This document shows positions 38,064 to 48,505 of a DNA stretch of 64,000 bases, piece by piece. Every line of letters starts with the position of its first letter. Positions within the stretch are counted from its first letter, which is position 1. The stretch is from IMG/VR virus record IMGVR_UViG_3300024180_000005, positions 16,219-80,218 of that record; one strand, given 5' to 3'. Both the position numbers and the translations under genes were made by a program. The DNA comes from a virus. The notes below the pieces were generated by a model that was not told the DNA's origin, made no database searches, and worked only from the letters and a program-made list of their open reading frames with translations.

Positions 38064-38546
38064 TTAAGTTAAAAATATGATTGAATCGTATTTTTCTTCC
38101 TCAGAAGGTGTTTGATATGAATCTATCATAGATTTTATAACAAATGGTGGTATCCATTTATTTTCATTGATATTCCTAATCTCATTTCTTTTATTATATT
38201 CTTCCTCGGATAATATTGGAAATACAACTGCAATACGTGAAAAGTTTTTATCAAAGTTATTCAAAGTTGATAGTCTTCTTTTAATAACCATATTAGTCAT
38301 GTCTATAATAACATTCTCTTTTAAAGAATTTGCTTGTTTTAATCGTAATGATAGTACTCGATCGACTTCTTTGTGATCGACCTCTTTAAATGCTAAATTA
38401 TAGTCTCTAGATCCAAAAACTTCCATTACTATCTCGTCACGAGATATAACTTTAGTATCTGAGTAATTTTGTTTTATGTATGTTGATTTGCCCGAAAGTG
38501 TAGGTCCAATCATGATCATAACAAATGGTTCTTTAATATTTTTCAT
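38064..38546 (-). CDS. polynucleotide-kinase-like P-loop protein (AAA_33)
   Basis: GPTLSGKST, ISRDEI, VIIDMTN..R, P...E. Confidence 0.8.
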   Translation of the reverse strand: MKNIKEPFVMIMIGPTLSGKSTYIKQNYSDTKVISRDEIVMEVFGSRDYNLAFKEVDHKEVDRVLSLRLKQANSLKENVIIDMTNMVIKRRLSTLNNFDKNFSRIAVVFPILSEEEYNKRNEIRNINENKWIPPFVIKSMIDSYQTPSEEEKYDSIIFLT

Positions 38547-38597
38547 AAATCAAAGATAAGTAATCTTTTTCGAATGAACAAATTTAATATATAAAAT

Positions 38598-39395
38598 ATG
38601 AGTGGAATAGTAAGTAAACAAATTTTAAATAAAAACATTTTATTTTATTTCGATGCTGCAAATAAAAAATCATACGATGGTTTTAGTAATTTAGGATATA
38701 GTCTTGTTTTAGGGACAACCGCATCTTTATTAACCGGAGTTACCTGGAGTTCAAGTAATGTAGGAGTTATGAATTTCAATGGTACTTATTCAATCGGTTT
38801 AACAACATATGCGGTAGATTCATGGATTAGTTGTGGTGATAGAATACCTGTTATTGCACCAAGTTTCCCGATAACATTAGAAGCATGGATAAAACCAAGA
38901 AAACTTAATGGTGGGACAGGTCCTGTTACTCAAGGAATTTTTGCATTAGATTCTATGGAACAGTTTCCCGGAAATTATTATGGTGTTGAAATTGTAATAA
39001 CTCCAAATGATGGTTCTGATACTATGAATTTAGGTGCTGGATATTATAATGGTAGTGGGTATGGTGTTGGTTCAAGAAGATCCGGGACTACTAGTATTAG
39101 ACCTGTTATATGTGGTGTTTGGAATCATGTTGTTGCGGTGATTGCGGGTTTAAATGATATAAGATTATATGTAAATGGTGTTAGTGTTTCAAGTACACTT
39201 TCTGGTTCAGGCACGAGCTTAGTATGGAGTGGTGGTTTAGGTAAAACTGTTATAGGTAAAACTGCTGGCTACTATAAATATATTTTTGATGGTGACATTG
39301 CGATGGTTAGAGCATATAATGAATCATTAAGTATTGATGATGTTAAAAGTCAATATAATCTACATACCATAAGATTTGGATTAAAATCAATATAA
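38598..39395 (+). CDS. LamG/ConA-like domain virion protein
   Basis: FDAAN..SY, ITLEAWIKP, WNHVVAV, LYVNG, FDGDIAMVRAYN. Confidence 0.8.
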   Translation: MSGIVSKQILNKNILFYFDAANKKSYDGFSNLGYSLVLGTTASLLTGVTWSSSNVGVMNFNGTYSIGLTTYAVDSWISCGDRIPVIAPSFPITLEAWIKPRKLNGGTGPVTQGIFALDSMEQFPGNYYGVEIVITPNDGSDTMNLGAGYYNGSGYGVGSRRSGTTSIRPVICGVWNHVVAVIAGLNDIRLYVNGVSVSSTLSGSGTSLVWSGGLGKTVIGKTAGYYKYIFDGDIAMVRAYNESLSIDDVKSQYNLHTIRFGLKSI

Positions 39396-39401
39396 ATAAA
39401 G

Positions 39402-41162
39402 ATGATTGAAAAATATAATGAGTTTATTTTAGAAAGGATGATTAAAGAGTCTACTCTTTATGTATCTCCTGATATACTTAAAAGGTTACAAAGTATTAAT
39501 AGTGAAATATCAAATGATTTATTAAACCAGTTAGGACAAAATGTAAAACCAGATGTGACTTTCTTAGATGGAAGTGATAAGGATGGTGAACTCACTTTCA
39601 TCACTATGAGGAATGCCGTTAAAAAACTTTCAAACCTTTATAATGGAAATGATAGTCTTGTTAAAAATATTGAGAATCCGGTTGGTGTAAATGCCACAAA
39701 GTATGCAATGGATGTTTCTAAAATGTTGATGAGTGATGATCCTGGATTCTGGACTCAATCAAGAAACCCTATAAAAATAGGAAAACTTATAAGAAAAATA
39801 TTCCCTGGTAAATATTCAGATGTCGATATTGAAAAGTTTGTAAATGAATTTAAGAGTTCTAGTGAAAAGGATGCTGAAAAATTTATATTAGTAGAAGGAG
39901 AAGATATTGATAAATATTATTGGTACGAAAGTTATCGAGAGGAAAAAGGTGATTTAGGAAGATCTTGTATGTCTAGAAAGAAGAACTTATTCGATATCTA
40001 TGTTAAAAATCCAGATGTTTGTAAACTTTTAGTTCTTTTAGAGAATGATAAAGTAATAGGAAGATCACTTATTTGGAAAATATTTAGTAATAATAAATCT
40101 AATGATATTGAGTATTTTATGGATAGACAATATACTATTGAACAATCAGATGTTGTTAAATTTCAAAAATATGCAAGTAATAAGGGTTGGGCTTACAAAA
40201 CATATAATAACCACTATAGCTTTTCAAAAATAACATTCAATGGTGAAGAGTTTTATTGTGATATTATCGTTAAAGTGGATCCCGAAGATTATGAATATTA
40301 TCCTTATATGGATACTTTCAGAAGATACAATTTTATAACTGGTGAACTTTTCAATGATGACGATATATCTAATAATGGTGGTCAATATCTATTAGATGAT
40401 ACTGAGGGTGATTTTACTGAAATAGAAGATGGTAAATGGTCTGAATTTCTTCAGCGTATGGTTAATAGTGAAAATGCGGTTTGGTCGGAACCATACGGTG
40501 ATTATTTAGATGAGACTAGTTCGGTTTATATAGCAAGTGGAGATTTTGAAGGTTGGTATTATGAGGAGGATGATGATATCATATACTCGGATTGGGAAGA
40601 ACGTTATATTCATATAGACGATTGTTTTTATTCTAATGATATGGATGAATATATTTTAAGTGAAAATGCAGTAGAAGGTGTTTATAAGATATTAGATGAT
40701 CTTACTTTTGAAGTAAGTTTCTATCATGAACGTGATGATGAATTGATGACTGTGGATAAGGAATTAGACTGGTATAAAGTTCTTTGTGAAAAAAATAGTA
40801 ATTGGACTAATGTTGATTTTATAAAAAATGACTTAATGAAAAATAACTATAAAAGTTTTCCTAAAAAATTCCTAGTTCATGTTTATAAAGCTGAGGAAGA
40901 AGAAGTGTATCTAACCGTAAGGGATGCTAAGATATTAGGTTTTAAATTTGATAAAGAAGATAAAAAAGAAATATGTGACTTTGAATATCATAAAAAATTA
41001 GAAGATGCTAAACTATTAAGTATTTTGATTGATAAACTTGTAAATGATCTTATTCCAAATACAGAAAATATTGCAGATGAAGGAGAAGATGATATGAAGA
41101 AAATGTATCAAGATCGTATTGATAGAGTTTGGAATAGAATGCCAAATAGTTATGAGGGATAA
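39402..41162 (+). CDS. tagged phage protein with SCM/GRSLIW/MDRQY/PYMDT motifs and acidic repeats
   Basis: Starts MIEKYNEFILE; conserved-looking core followed by repeated (V/I)xSxxxxxY units. Confidence 0.75.
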   Translation: MIEKYNEFILERMIKESTLYVSPDILKRLQSINSEISNDLLNQLGQNVKPDVTFLDGSDKDGELTFITMRNAVKKLSNLYNGNDSLVKNIENPVGVNATKYAMDVSKMLMSDDPGFWTQSRNPIKIGKLIRKIFPGKYSDVDIEKFVNEFKSSSEKDAEKFILVEGEDIDKYYWYESYREEKGDLGRSCMSRKKNLFDIYVKNPDVCKLLVLLENDKVIGRSLIWKIFSNNKSNDIEYFMDRQYTIEQSDVVKFQKYASNKGWAYKTYNNHYSFSKITFNGEEFYCDIIVKVDPEDYEYYPYMDTFRRYNFITGELFNDDDISNNGGQYLLDDTEGDFTEIEDGKWSEFLQRMVNSENAVWSEPYGDYLDETSSVYIASGDFEGWYYEEDDDIIYSDWEERYIHIDDCFYSNDMDEYILSENAVEGVYKILDDLTFEVSFYHERDDELMTVDKELDWYKVLCEKNSNWTNVDFIKNDLMKNNYKSFPKKFLVHVYKAEEEEVYLTVRDAKILGFKFDKEDKKEICDFEYHKKLEDAKLLSILIDKLVNDLIPNTENIADEGEDDMKKMYQDRIDRVWNRMPNSYEG

Positions 41163-41178
41163 AATGTAAAGGTGATTA

Positions 41179-41892
41179 TTATTTGATTGATAATACTCTC
41201 ACCTTTGCATTTTTTGTACTGAATATTCTATGATAACCATCGATAATTTTCCATTTATCACCTGACTTCTTTACAACTCCTCTAATACCACTATAGATTT
41301 TATCAGAATAAAAATTCAATTCCTTCTTAGATACTTTATCTAAATGACCTTTCGATCCAAATATTATGTCTGTCTTATCTATTGTAATAGATTCATAGTT
41401 TGCATCAACAATCTCTGGTAGAACTTTACCATACTCTAAATTCAAAAGATATTCTACCTTCTCTTTTAAAGTAGAAAGAGAGAATACTAAAAAAAGTTCT
41501 GACTCGATTTTATCTGCGATATTTTCTTTAATTTTAACATCACCTATTTCATCACCATAATAACCACCTTCAATTTCGATATCCCAGTTTTGGTTTTCCC
41601 ATATTTTATATGATCTTAGTATTCTATCAATCGTATAAATATCTATGTCTTTACCTACTCCATAAAGTACTTCGTTGATTGCGTTATTTCTGTCTGCTAC
41701 TTTACCTTGCTCAAAGAAATCGTCATATATTTTTTTAACAATAAAAGATACGTCTACTGATTCAATACACACATCATAAATACTACCACATCTACATATA
41801 CCTTCATCATCACATCCATAATTTTCACAATCATAGCTGTTACTATAGTCTACATAAACGCCGTTGTATTGAAATGTTATATCTTTGAGCAT
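41179..41892 (-). CDS. hypothetical protein with C-terminal ParB/Srx-like motif
   Basis: Cys cluster CENYGC..CRC; IIDGYHR. Confidence 0.65.
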   Translation of the reverse strand: MLKDITFQYNGVYVDYSNSYDCENYGCDDEGICRCGSIYDVCIESVDVSFIVKKIYDDFFEQGKVADRNNAINEVLYGVGKDIDIYTIDRILRSYKIWENQNWDIEIEGGYYGDEIGDVKIKENIADKIESELFLVFSLSTLKEKVEYLLNLEYGKVLPEIVDANYESITIDKTDIIFGSKGHLDKVSKKELNFYSDKIYSGIRGVVKKSGDKWKIIDGYHRIFSTKNAKVRVLSIK

Positions 41893-42182
41893 CTTCTTCT
41901 TAATTTATATTTTTTACCTTCTATAAGTTTAAAACCATAGAATTTACCATCCTTCATTTTGAAGTATATACTTTTTAAGGCATCTGCCGGTAAATCATGC
42001 CAACCAGAATGTACCAACTCTTCTTCACAAAATGGATACCAAGCATTTAATCTATTTACTTTTCTACCATCTATTAAATTGATTGGCTCATCAAAGTATA
42101 AGAAACGTGAATCCCCTAAAGTTTCGTTTTTCTTATAAATAGTCTTTATTCTACCTACTAAATGTGCTTTTATAAAATTCAT
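41877..42182 (-). CDS. hypothetical protein
   Basis: 101-aa ORF coupled to neighbours. Confidence 0.65.
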   Translation of the reverse strand: MNFIKAHLVGRIKTIYKKNETLGDSRFLYFDEPINLIDGRKVNRLNAWYPFCEEELVHSGWHDLPADALKSIYFKMKDGKFYGFKLIEGKKYKLRRRCSKI

Positions 42183-42598
42183 ACATTTTCCCCCTCTACA
42201 AATCCTTTGTGATAATATCTGAAATCATCATATTTAATACCTTCTACTTTATCTAAGTAATTAGTTATTGCACCAATTATATTTTGACGACCATTAGTAT
42301 TGTCTGAATGAACGTACCAACTTTTAGGAAATGGTTTATCATTATCTAAGCAATATCCGATTACATAATCAACTGCATTCTTTCCGGTCATTTCTTTTCC
42401 TTCTTTATCAAAACAAGCCAAATCGTGGTCGAAAGAGATTAAGTCAATGTCGTCGAATTTAGTGTTTATAACGTCTGTAAAGTCGTCATATGTTCTAACA
42501 ATAGTCCAGTCTGAATCTTTAGAATAAGCGGCTCCTAACCCTTTAGAAGAGTTGTGTGCCATACCTGTGGATCTGATATCATCTAAAAATAATTTCAT
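42179..42598 (-). CDS. cyclic-phosphate-processing receiver-domain protein
   Basis: LFLDDIR, W.IVR.Y..F, ISFDHDL, TG, VHSDN..G..NI. Confidence 0.75.
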   Translation of the reverse strand: MKLFLDDIRSTGMAHNSSKGLGAAYSKDSDWTIVRTYDDFTDVINTKFDDIDLISFDHDLACFDKEGKEMTGKNAVDYVIGYCLDNDKPFPKSWYVHSDNTNGRQNIIGAITNYLDKVEGIKYDDFRYYHKGFVEGENV

Positions 42599-42599
42599 C

Positions 42600-42770
42600 T
42601 TAGTCTAAATAAATGTTTAATTTTTCTGTAAAGTAGTAATCTAAAAATACACCCTGGTGTATCAACTGTTCATATTCATAAAGATTTGTACAAGTTGACA
42701 ATCTATCGATAATAAAGTTTGCGTAGATTTGTCCAAAATATTTTGCTATTGATTTTAATTTAGTTTTCAT
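42600..42770 (-). CDS. small hypothetical protein
   Basis: Start moved to ATG 42770, downstream of a TATCTTTA box. Confidence 0.6.
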   Translation of the reverse strand: MKTKLKSIAKYFGQIYANFIIDRLSTCTNLYEYEQLIHQGVFLDYYFTEKLNIYLD

Positions 42771-42855
42771 ATTATTGTTTTTTTTTATAAAGATACGAAT
42801 TTTATATGACTTGAACAAGTTATTATTCAAAAAACATGTAACATCATGATATACT

Positions 42856-43488
42856 TTATAACTTTAATATTTTGTTTTGTTCCTTACCCAATATTTCGAA
42901 TCTCTTCCAGTATCCAGAGCTTATAGACTCTTTGTCTAGTCCTGTATAATATACGGTACCACCAATATCTACTTTAATTATCTTTGGCACATCAAAGTTT
43001 TTGACGTTTTTGTATTTTTCACAAAGTTTTAAATCCGATAATTGTTCGATATAATTGAAAACATGACGATCAAATGAAGATTTCATTCTTTCCAATCTTC
43101 TAAGTTCTTCACCAAGCTCGAATTTTCTTTTGTTATTTAAGATAAAGTCTATCTTTTCTTCTCTACACTTTACAATATCCTTTGAAAAAGTAACTCTATC
43201 TGTTGAGTAGGACCATCCAAAATTGTCGTCTTTTCTTATAGAGTATTTACAAGTGATTCCATCTCTATCAAAGAAGACATGAATTTCACCGCTTTCCATT
43301 GGTTCAACTTCATTTATTATCTTATTCATAAATTCAGAAAATTCTTGTCTTCTTTTAAGTGATCTTTCTTCAACACGAAGATATAGGTCATGTATATCTT
43401 TTAAAGTCCATTCTTTTGGATCTCTGTTGAATTTTAATTTAAACTCATATTCTTTCAAGAAATTTACTCCAAGATTTTTATTATACAT
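42856..43488 (-). CDS. hypothetical protein with internal REEKIDFIL motif
   Basis: 210-aa ORF in operon. Confidence 0.75.
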   Translation of the reverse strand: MYNKNLGVNFLKEYEFKLKFNRDPKEWTLKDIHDLYLRVEERSLKRRQEFSEFMNKIINEVEPMESGEIHVFFDRDGITCKYSIRKDDNFGWSYSTDRVTFSKDIVKCREEKIDFILNNKRKFELGEELRRLERMKSSFDRHVFNYIEQLSDLKLCEKYKNVKNFDVPKIIKVDIGGTVYYTGLDKESISSGYWKRFEILGKEQNKILKL

Positions 43489-43491
43489 ATT

Positions 43492-43734
43492 TTATTTTTT
43501 TAAAGTCTCATCAATTCTTATATCTCTTTCAATCACTTCTTTATTTTGTTTGTACCAAATTCTAAAGTCACATCCATAATATATGAGCTCTTTTATAGTT
43601 CTACCATCTTCTTCGTATTCAGCACTACATGTTTGACCAATCATGAATCTATTAAAACTTTCTTTCCAGATATCCGGAATTTCAGATTCTCTAATATCTC
43701 TACATTCTTCGTATATTTCTTTTAAATTTTTCAT
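43492..43734 (-). CDS. hypothetical protein with C-terminal RDIRIDETL motif
   Basis: 80-aa ORF, ATGA coupling. Confidence 0.7.
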   Translation of the reverse strand: MKNLKEIYEECRDIRESEIPDIWKESFNRFMIGQTCSAEYEEDGRTIKELIYYGCDFRIWYKQNKEVIERDIRIDETLKK

Positions 43735-43988
43735 ATCGTTTCTTCTTCAGATTTTAAATTTTGTGCAACAGATAATGTCCCGGATAAAACCTGTACCATG
43801 TCTTTGTTGTATCTATTATCTTTTATAGAGATTTCAATGTCCTCTATAATCTTTTCGATTGTTTGTCCTTTTTCTTTAAGCATCTCTTTTTGTCCACTAC
43901 AAGGAACCATACAGAATTTTGTTCTTGGCATACCATTCTCTATTTCGTAGAGGCATTGACATTTTGGTTTATTAAGAGTTTTGTCCAT
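43731..43988 (-). CDS. hypothetical protein
   Basis: 85-aa ORF, four Cys; TATATTTG promoter at 44006. Confidence 0.7.
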   Translation of the reverse strand: MDKTLNKPKCQCLYEIENGMPRTKFCMVPCSGQKEMLKEKGQTIEKIIEDIEISIKDNRYNKDMVQVLSGTLSVAQNLKSEEETI

Positions 43989-44064
43989 TTTATTTTTTTA
44001 GAGTACAAATATACGAATATATAACAAACAATAAAAGAGCTTCGGCTCTTTTATTTAGAATATT

Positions 44065-45267
44065 TTAGTGCCAAATATCATCACTATAATCGTAACTATC
44101 AAAATCATTTTTCAAACCCATATAGTCACCTAAATCATCACCTTCTGAATAATCTAACTCTGGTAAGAATTCTAACAAATCATTTCTATCACATTCTGTT
44201 TTGTGTTCACCTGTTTCATAGTATGCAGTAAGACTTAGTCCATCCCAATCAATACTTTTAAACACAATATCTAATGATAAAAGTAAGTCTTCGATAAGAA
44301 CTTTTTCGTGTTCGATTCTTTCTTCACATAAATCTACTTTTACTACTTTTTTAGAATATTTTTTAATCTCTATACTAGAGACATATCCATATTTATTATC
44401 ATAGAACCAAACTTGTTCAGTTTTTTCTTTTGCTTTACCCCAACTAGGTTTAGTTTTAGTGTAAGAGAAATCATCCTCATCATCATAATATCTTGAATAA
44501 GATCCATAAGACGAGCTATAATAAGATTTATATTCAGTTGTACCTGGTTCACGCTCTACTGGTAATGCATTCCAATCTACTTTTAGACAAGCTTCTGCAA
44601 GCTTTTCTAAGTGTTTTATATCCTGTCTTTCAGAGAATGTATGTTCGCTATAATAACCAACAGAGATGTTTGTACATTCTGCATAGATATCAACAAATTG
44701 AACAGAGTCTGTTAAGACACCAGTATCATCATTTTCATATTTGAAGGTTGGTTCTACATCATTTAATGCTTTTGATAATGCAGTACCGAAAGTATCTGAA
44801 CAACATCTTGCACTACTTTGAAAAGTAATGATTGAATTAGTTCCTCTACGGTCAAATGAAATAACTTTATTTATACCTTCAATCTTTTTAATTTTTTGTG
44901 CTTCCGCAACTTTTCTAGAACCAATACAACCAACTTCTTCACCTAAGAAGAAGTAGTAAAGTCCAGGTATGTTATTCTCAATCATATTTAACATCACAGT
45001 AACACCTGCTTTATCATCTGCACCTAAAATAGATTTACCATCTGTTTTGATTATATCACCTTCAAATACGTGAGTTATATCAGTAAGTGCAGAAGTTGCG
45101 GTATCTAAGTGTGCAGTGAACATAACATCAGATTTACCAATTTTGATGAATAAATTTCCAAATTCATCAGTTTTTAAACCATCCACTAAAAGTGTAAATA
45201 ATTCAGTTTCTGTTCCGTGTGGATATGTTCTTGTTGTTAGCTCTAAAAATTTATCTCTAATATTCAT
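44065..45267 (-). CDS. M28/M20-family zinc peptidase
   Basis: AHLDT, LGADDKAG, GEEVG, SFDR, TD, NISVGYY.EH; start moved to 45267 after promoter at 45288. Confidence 0.88.
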   Translation of the reverse strand: MNIRDKFLELTTRTYPHGTETELFTLLVDGLKTDEFGNLFIKIGKSDVMFTAHLDTATSALTDITHVFEGDIIKTDGKSILGADDKAGVTVMLNMIENNIPGLYYFFLGEEVGCIGSRKVAEAQKIKKIEGINKVISFDRRGTNSIITFQSSARCCSDTFGTALSKALNDVEPTFKYENDDTGVLTDSVQFVDIYAECTNISVGYYSEHTFSERQDIKHLEKLAEACLKVDWNALPVEREPGTTEYKSYYSSSYGSYSRYYDDEDDFSYTKTKPSWGKAKEKTEQVWFYDNKYGYVSSIEIKKYSKKVVKVDLCEERIEHEKVLIEDLLLSLDIVFKSIDWDGLSLTAYYETGEHKTECDRNDLLEFLPELDYSEGDDLGDYMGLKNDFDSYDYSDDIWH

Positions 45268-45363
45268 AATATATCTTGTTTGTTTTACAAATATAAGGAT
45301 AAAATAGTTATTCACAAAATTTAGAAAGATTTTAAATAGATTTTATTTTTTAATATATAACTT

Positions 45364-47607
45364 ATGAAAAAAAACTCTGATCTTTTAAATGGTACTATAC
45401 AAATTTTTGATAAATTTGATATCACTGCAAGTAATGGTGATACTACAGAAACACCTACTTTCACAACAATTGGAAGTGAATACATATTAAGTTTTACAAG
45501 TTTAGAAAAAGTTTTAAATTTTAAAACTTTTCGGTATGATACATTAGGAATGACTAGTAATAGATACTTAGAAAATTCTTATAGAATTTCGAGGGATGGT
45601 AATAGTTGGACAGAATGGATGCCATTAAATAGAAATATTGACAACTTTCCTTTGATAGACCCTAATGATTTACTCTTCTTAGATGTTAAATGGGTTAGAT
45701 CAGGAAGTTCTGAGATTGGAACAATAAGAATTTTAGAATATTTTTTAGAAGGAGAACTTGATAGAAATGTAGTTGATGATGGTAGTGTAATTCAATTAAA
45801 ACCAGGTAAAGAAGTAATAATGAAGGCACCTTATATATATAAGGTTTTTTCGGTAAGTGATATAGAAGTTATTTCTGGATATGATTTAAGTAATGTGGTA
45901 ATAAAATTTAGATATTCACAAGATAGTGAAAGAACATGGTCTAATTGGGAATTATTTACAAAAGAAAATATAATAACTACTAGGATAAATCCGATTAGAT
46001 TTTTTCAGATAGAATATAGTATAGTAAATAATGGTACAACAAATGTTTCTATACAAGATGTTAATATAATTGGAGATATTCAAAATGTTAGTAATGATTA
46101 TTTTAAAACAAATCTTATGGGTATAAGAGAGTGTTGTAAATCAAACTTAACAGGATATACTGATGAAAATGGAAATTGGGTAGAAGGAACTGGGGCTAAT
46201 ATAGGCTCACTTGGTAATTCATTATCTGGTGATTCTTGCACTACTGATAGTTCTTTACCAGTAATGTCTAGTGATGAAAAGGCAAACCTTTATAATCCAT
46301 ATCAACAAAATACTGCAATGGATCTTTTGAATAAGTTAAGTACTGATGCACAACAAGTTTTTGGACACGAAACTATATACTTTTGTACAGATCCTGATAA
46401 AAAAGGACAGGATCACACTATGCATGAGTATCAATTATTTAATGTTGTTTGTGAAGGTAATATAAAAGTATCTGTTGATGGTAATAATTTCCCGGATAGT
46501 CAAATAGTTATGAATCAATTTGATTTAAATTTATTTGAACAAATGGAAGTTCATATAACTAAAAAGGCATTTAAAGAAATATTTGGACCTCAAAGAAGAC
46601 CTTCAAAAGAAGACTTCTTATATTTCTGTAACCTTAATAGAATGTATCAAGTTGATCATGCACAACAATTTAGAAACTTTAATAATTCTGCGGTTTATTA
46701 TAAATTACATTTGAAAAAATACAGTCAAAAGGCAAATGTACAGGCTGGTACTCCGGATATTGCAGATACTTTAAAACAACTTACTAATAATAGTACACTT
46801 GATTCTCTTATGGGTATCGAAAAAACTCAAGATAAAGCAGCAGTTGCAAATAAGGATCAATTAAAAACATTAAGTAAGGACCCAATAAGACTTGATTATA
46901 AGGTACAAATTGATAAAGAATTGATTGAAAACTCTAGTACAATAATATCAAAATCAAATTATGACATGGCATCAGTTGATTATAGAACTACTGGTGTTAG
47001 TTATAAAAATTTAGATGCACAATTAAGAGTTTCCGATAATATAGGATATTATGTTTGGTTTAACATACATAATTATATACAAGGTGAGTTATATAACTTA
47101 TTTAACTACTATGATGATGCTAATTCATTGGGTTGGAGAGCTGATATAATAGATGATGATATAGTATTTATGGCAAATGATACTGAATATAAATTTCATT
47201 TAAAAGGAAATCCAACTAATGATGTTATTGCATTAGATGAAGATGTTTGGTATTGTTATGTGCTTAATGTTGACCAACGAAGTAGAGAATTATCACAGTG
47301 GATTTATAAAAGAGATATTTATGATGAATCTGCAGGTGGTTCTGCAATAAGTACCATTTTACAAAATGTTTATAAAGATACACAAACTATTACACCTTTT
47401 GAATATCTTATTGAGGGTAATTATTGTAGTATATTAGGATCTGATATGAAAATAACAAATATTAGATTATTCTTAGATATTATACCAGAAAGTTATCATA
47501 ATAAAATATTGAATCAATATATAATAGGTGATGATTCTAAACATATGGTTTTCGCAGATAATGCGACCACTAGAATTTATCTACCGAATTTTCCATATAA
47601 CGAATAA
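45364..47607 (+). CDS. virion neck protein with T4 gp14-like central domain
   Basis: FKEIFG..RPSKEDFLYF..RMYQV..F..YYKL.L.KY; flanking beta-rich domains; AATATATA-N4-ATG. Confidence 0.6.
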   Translation: MKKNSDLLNGTIQIFDKFDITASNGDTTETPTFTTIGSEYILSFTSLEKVLNFKTFRYDTLGMTSNRYLENSYRISRDGNSWTEWMPLNRNIDNFPLIDPNDLLFLDVKWVRSGSSEIGTIRILEYFLEGELDRNVVDDGSVIQLKPGKEVIMKAPYIYKVFSVSDIEVISGYDLSNVVIKFRYSQDSERTWSNWELFTKENIITTRINPIRFFQIEYSIVNNGTTNVSIQDVNIIGDIQNVSNDYFKTNLMGIRECCKSNLTGYTDENGNWVEGTGANIGSLGNSLSGDSCTTDSSLPVMSSDEKANLYNPYQQNTAMDLLNKLSTDAQQVFGHETIYFCTDPDKKGQDHTMHEYQLFNVVCEGNIKVSVDGNNFPDSQIVMNQFDLNLFEQMEVHITKKAFKEIFGPQRRPSKEDFLYFCNLNRMYQVDHAQQFRNFNNSAVYYKLHLKKYSQKANVQAGTPDIADTLKQLTNNSTLDSLMGIEKTQDKAAVANKDQLKTLSKDPIRLDYKVQIDKELIENSSTIISKSNYDMASVDYRTTGVSYKNLDAQLRVSDNIGYYVWFNIHNYIQGELYNLFNYYDDANSLGWRADIIDDDIVFMANDTEYKFHLKGNPTNDVIALDEDVWYCYVLNVDQRSRELSQWIYKRDIYDESAGGSAISTILQNVYKDTQTITPFEYLIEGNYCSILGSDMKITNIRLFLDIIPESYHNKILNQYIIGDDSKHMVFADNATTRIYLPNFPYNE

Positions 47608-47621
47608 AAAAAAGAGATATT

Positions 47622-47789
47622 TTAATTATCTCTTTTTTGAGTTCTAATTCTCCAAGCTTCTAAGTCTCTTTCCATGAATTTTCTAATTCTTTTGGAAATA
47701 TTTATTGAATTTTCATCACAGAATTTTCTATATTCTTCTAGAAGTTTATCCGGTAATCTTAGTGAGAACATTTTATCTTTTGCTGGCAT
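47622..47789 (-). CDS. ribbon-helix-helix (Arc/CopG-like) DNA-binding protein (55 aa), absent from ORF track
   Basis: MPAKDKMFSLRLPDKLLEEYRKFCDENSINISKRIRKFMERDLEAW..; alternating beta strand FSLRL then two helices. Confidence 0.75.
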   Translation of the reverse strand: MPAKDKMFSLRLPDKLLEEYRKFCDENSINISKRIRKFMERDLEAWRIRTQKRDN

Positions 47790-47832
47790 AATGTATATAC
47801 GATTTTAAAGTATATATACAAATCTATACTCC

Positions 47833-48174
47833 CTATTCTATATTTTTTTCAACATAGGTAACAATCTCTCCCGTACTGAATCCCTTTTCTATTAAAAGTG
47901 GCAGAGAGGAATCTTTACACCAAGCATAAACCGTATAACCCTTGTAATTTTCATTTACATATTCCCATCTAGTTTCCCAAAGTTTTCGATAGATTCCTTT
48001 TCTACGATGTCCTTCATCGACCCAGGCATCCATGAATTTTATTTTGTTATTATTTTCGAAGGTCATAAATATATGTCCTATTGCATCTTCTCCACCTTCA
48101 TACGCCATCCACATTTCTAAGTTCTGTGCATTCGTCTTAAGCCTAACTATTTTAAGGCTTGTATTCTCTCCCAT
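47833..48174 (-). CDS. GNAT acetyltransferase
   Basis: AWV..HRRKGIY motif A; LL.EKGF. Confidence 0.8.
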   Translation of the reverse strand: MGENTSLKIVRLKTNAQNLEMWMAYEGGEDAIGHIFMTFENNNKIKFMDAWVDEGHRRKGIYRKLWETRWEYVNENYKGYTVYAWCKDSSLPLLIEKGFSTGEIVTYVEKNIE

Positions 48175-48279
48175 TTATTTTACAGATTATTTATAATAAT
48201 CTATATATTTATTATGAAATAAAAAAAAGTAGCCATTTGACTACTTTTATGATTTATTTTTGATGGTTGGTAAATATTT

Positions 48280-48462
48280 TTACTTTTTGTTTACTTGTTC
48301 ACAAAATAGTTGTTCTGTATATTGAATGGGTGTTGATAATGTATTTATACCTTTTGACTTCATCTCTAAATAATCATCCATTGAGAATCCTTCTGGTAAG
48401 TTTTCCAAATCGAAGCCATATTCATTTTGTAATTCGATAACTAAATCTTTAATGCGTCCCAT
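48280..48462 (-). CDS. small hypothetical protein
   Basis: MGRIKDL.. after TATATTTG at 48487. Confidence 0.6.
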   Translation of the reverse strand: MGRIKDLVIELQNEYGFDLENLPEGFSMDDYLEMKSKGINTLSTPIQYTEQLFCEQVNKK

Positions 48463-48505
48463 AAATATTTTTTTAAGTTTGTTGTACAAATATAAGGATA
48501 ATATT

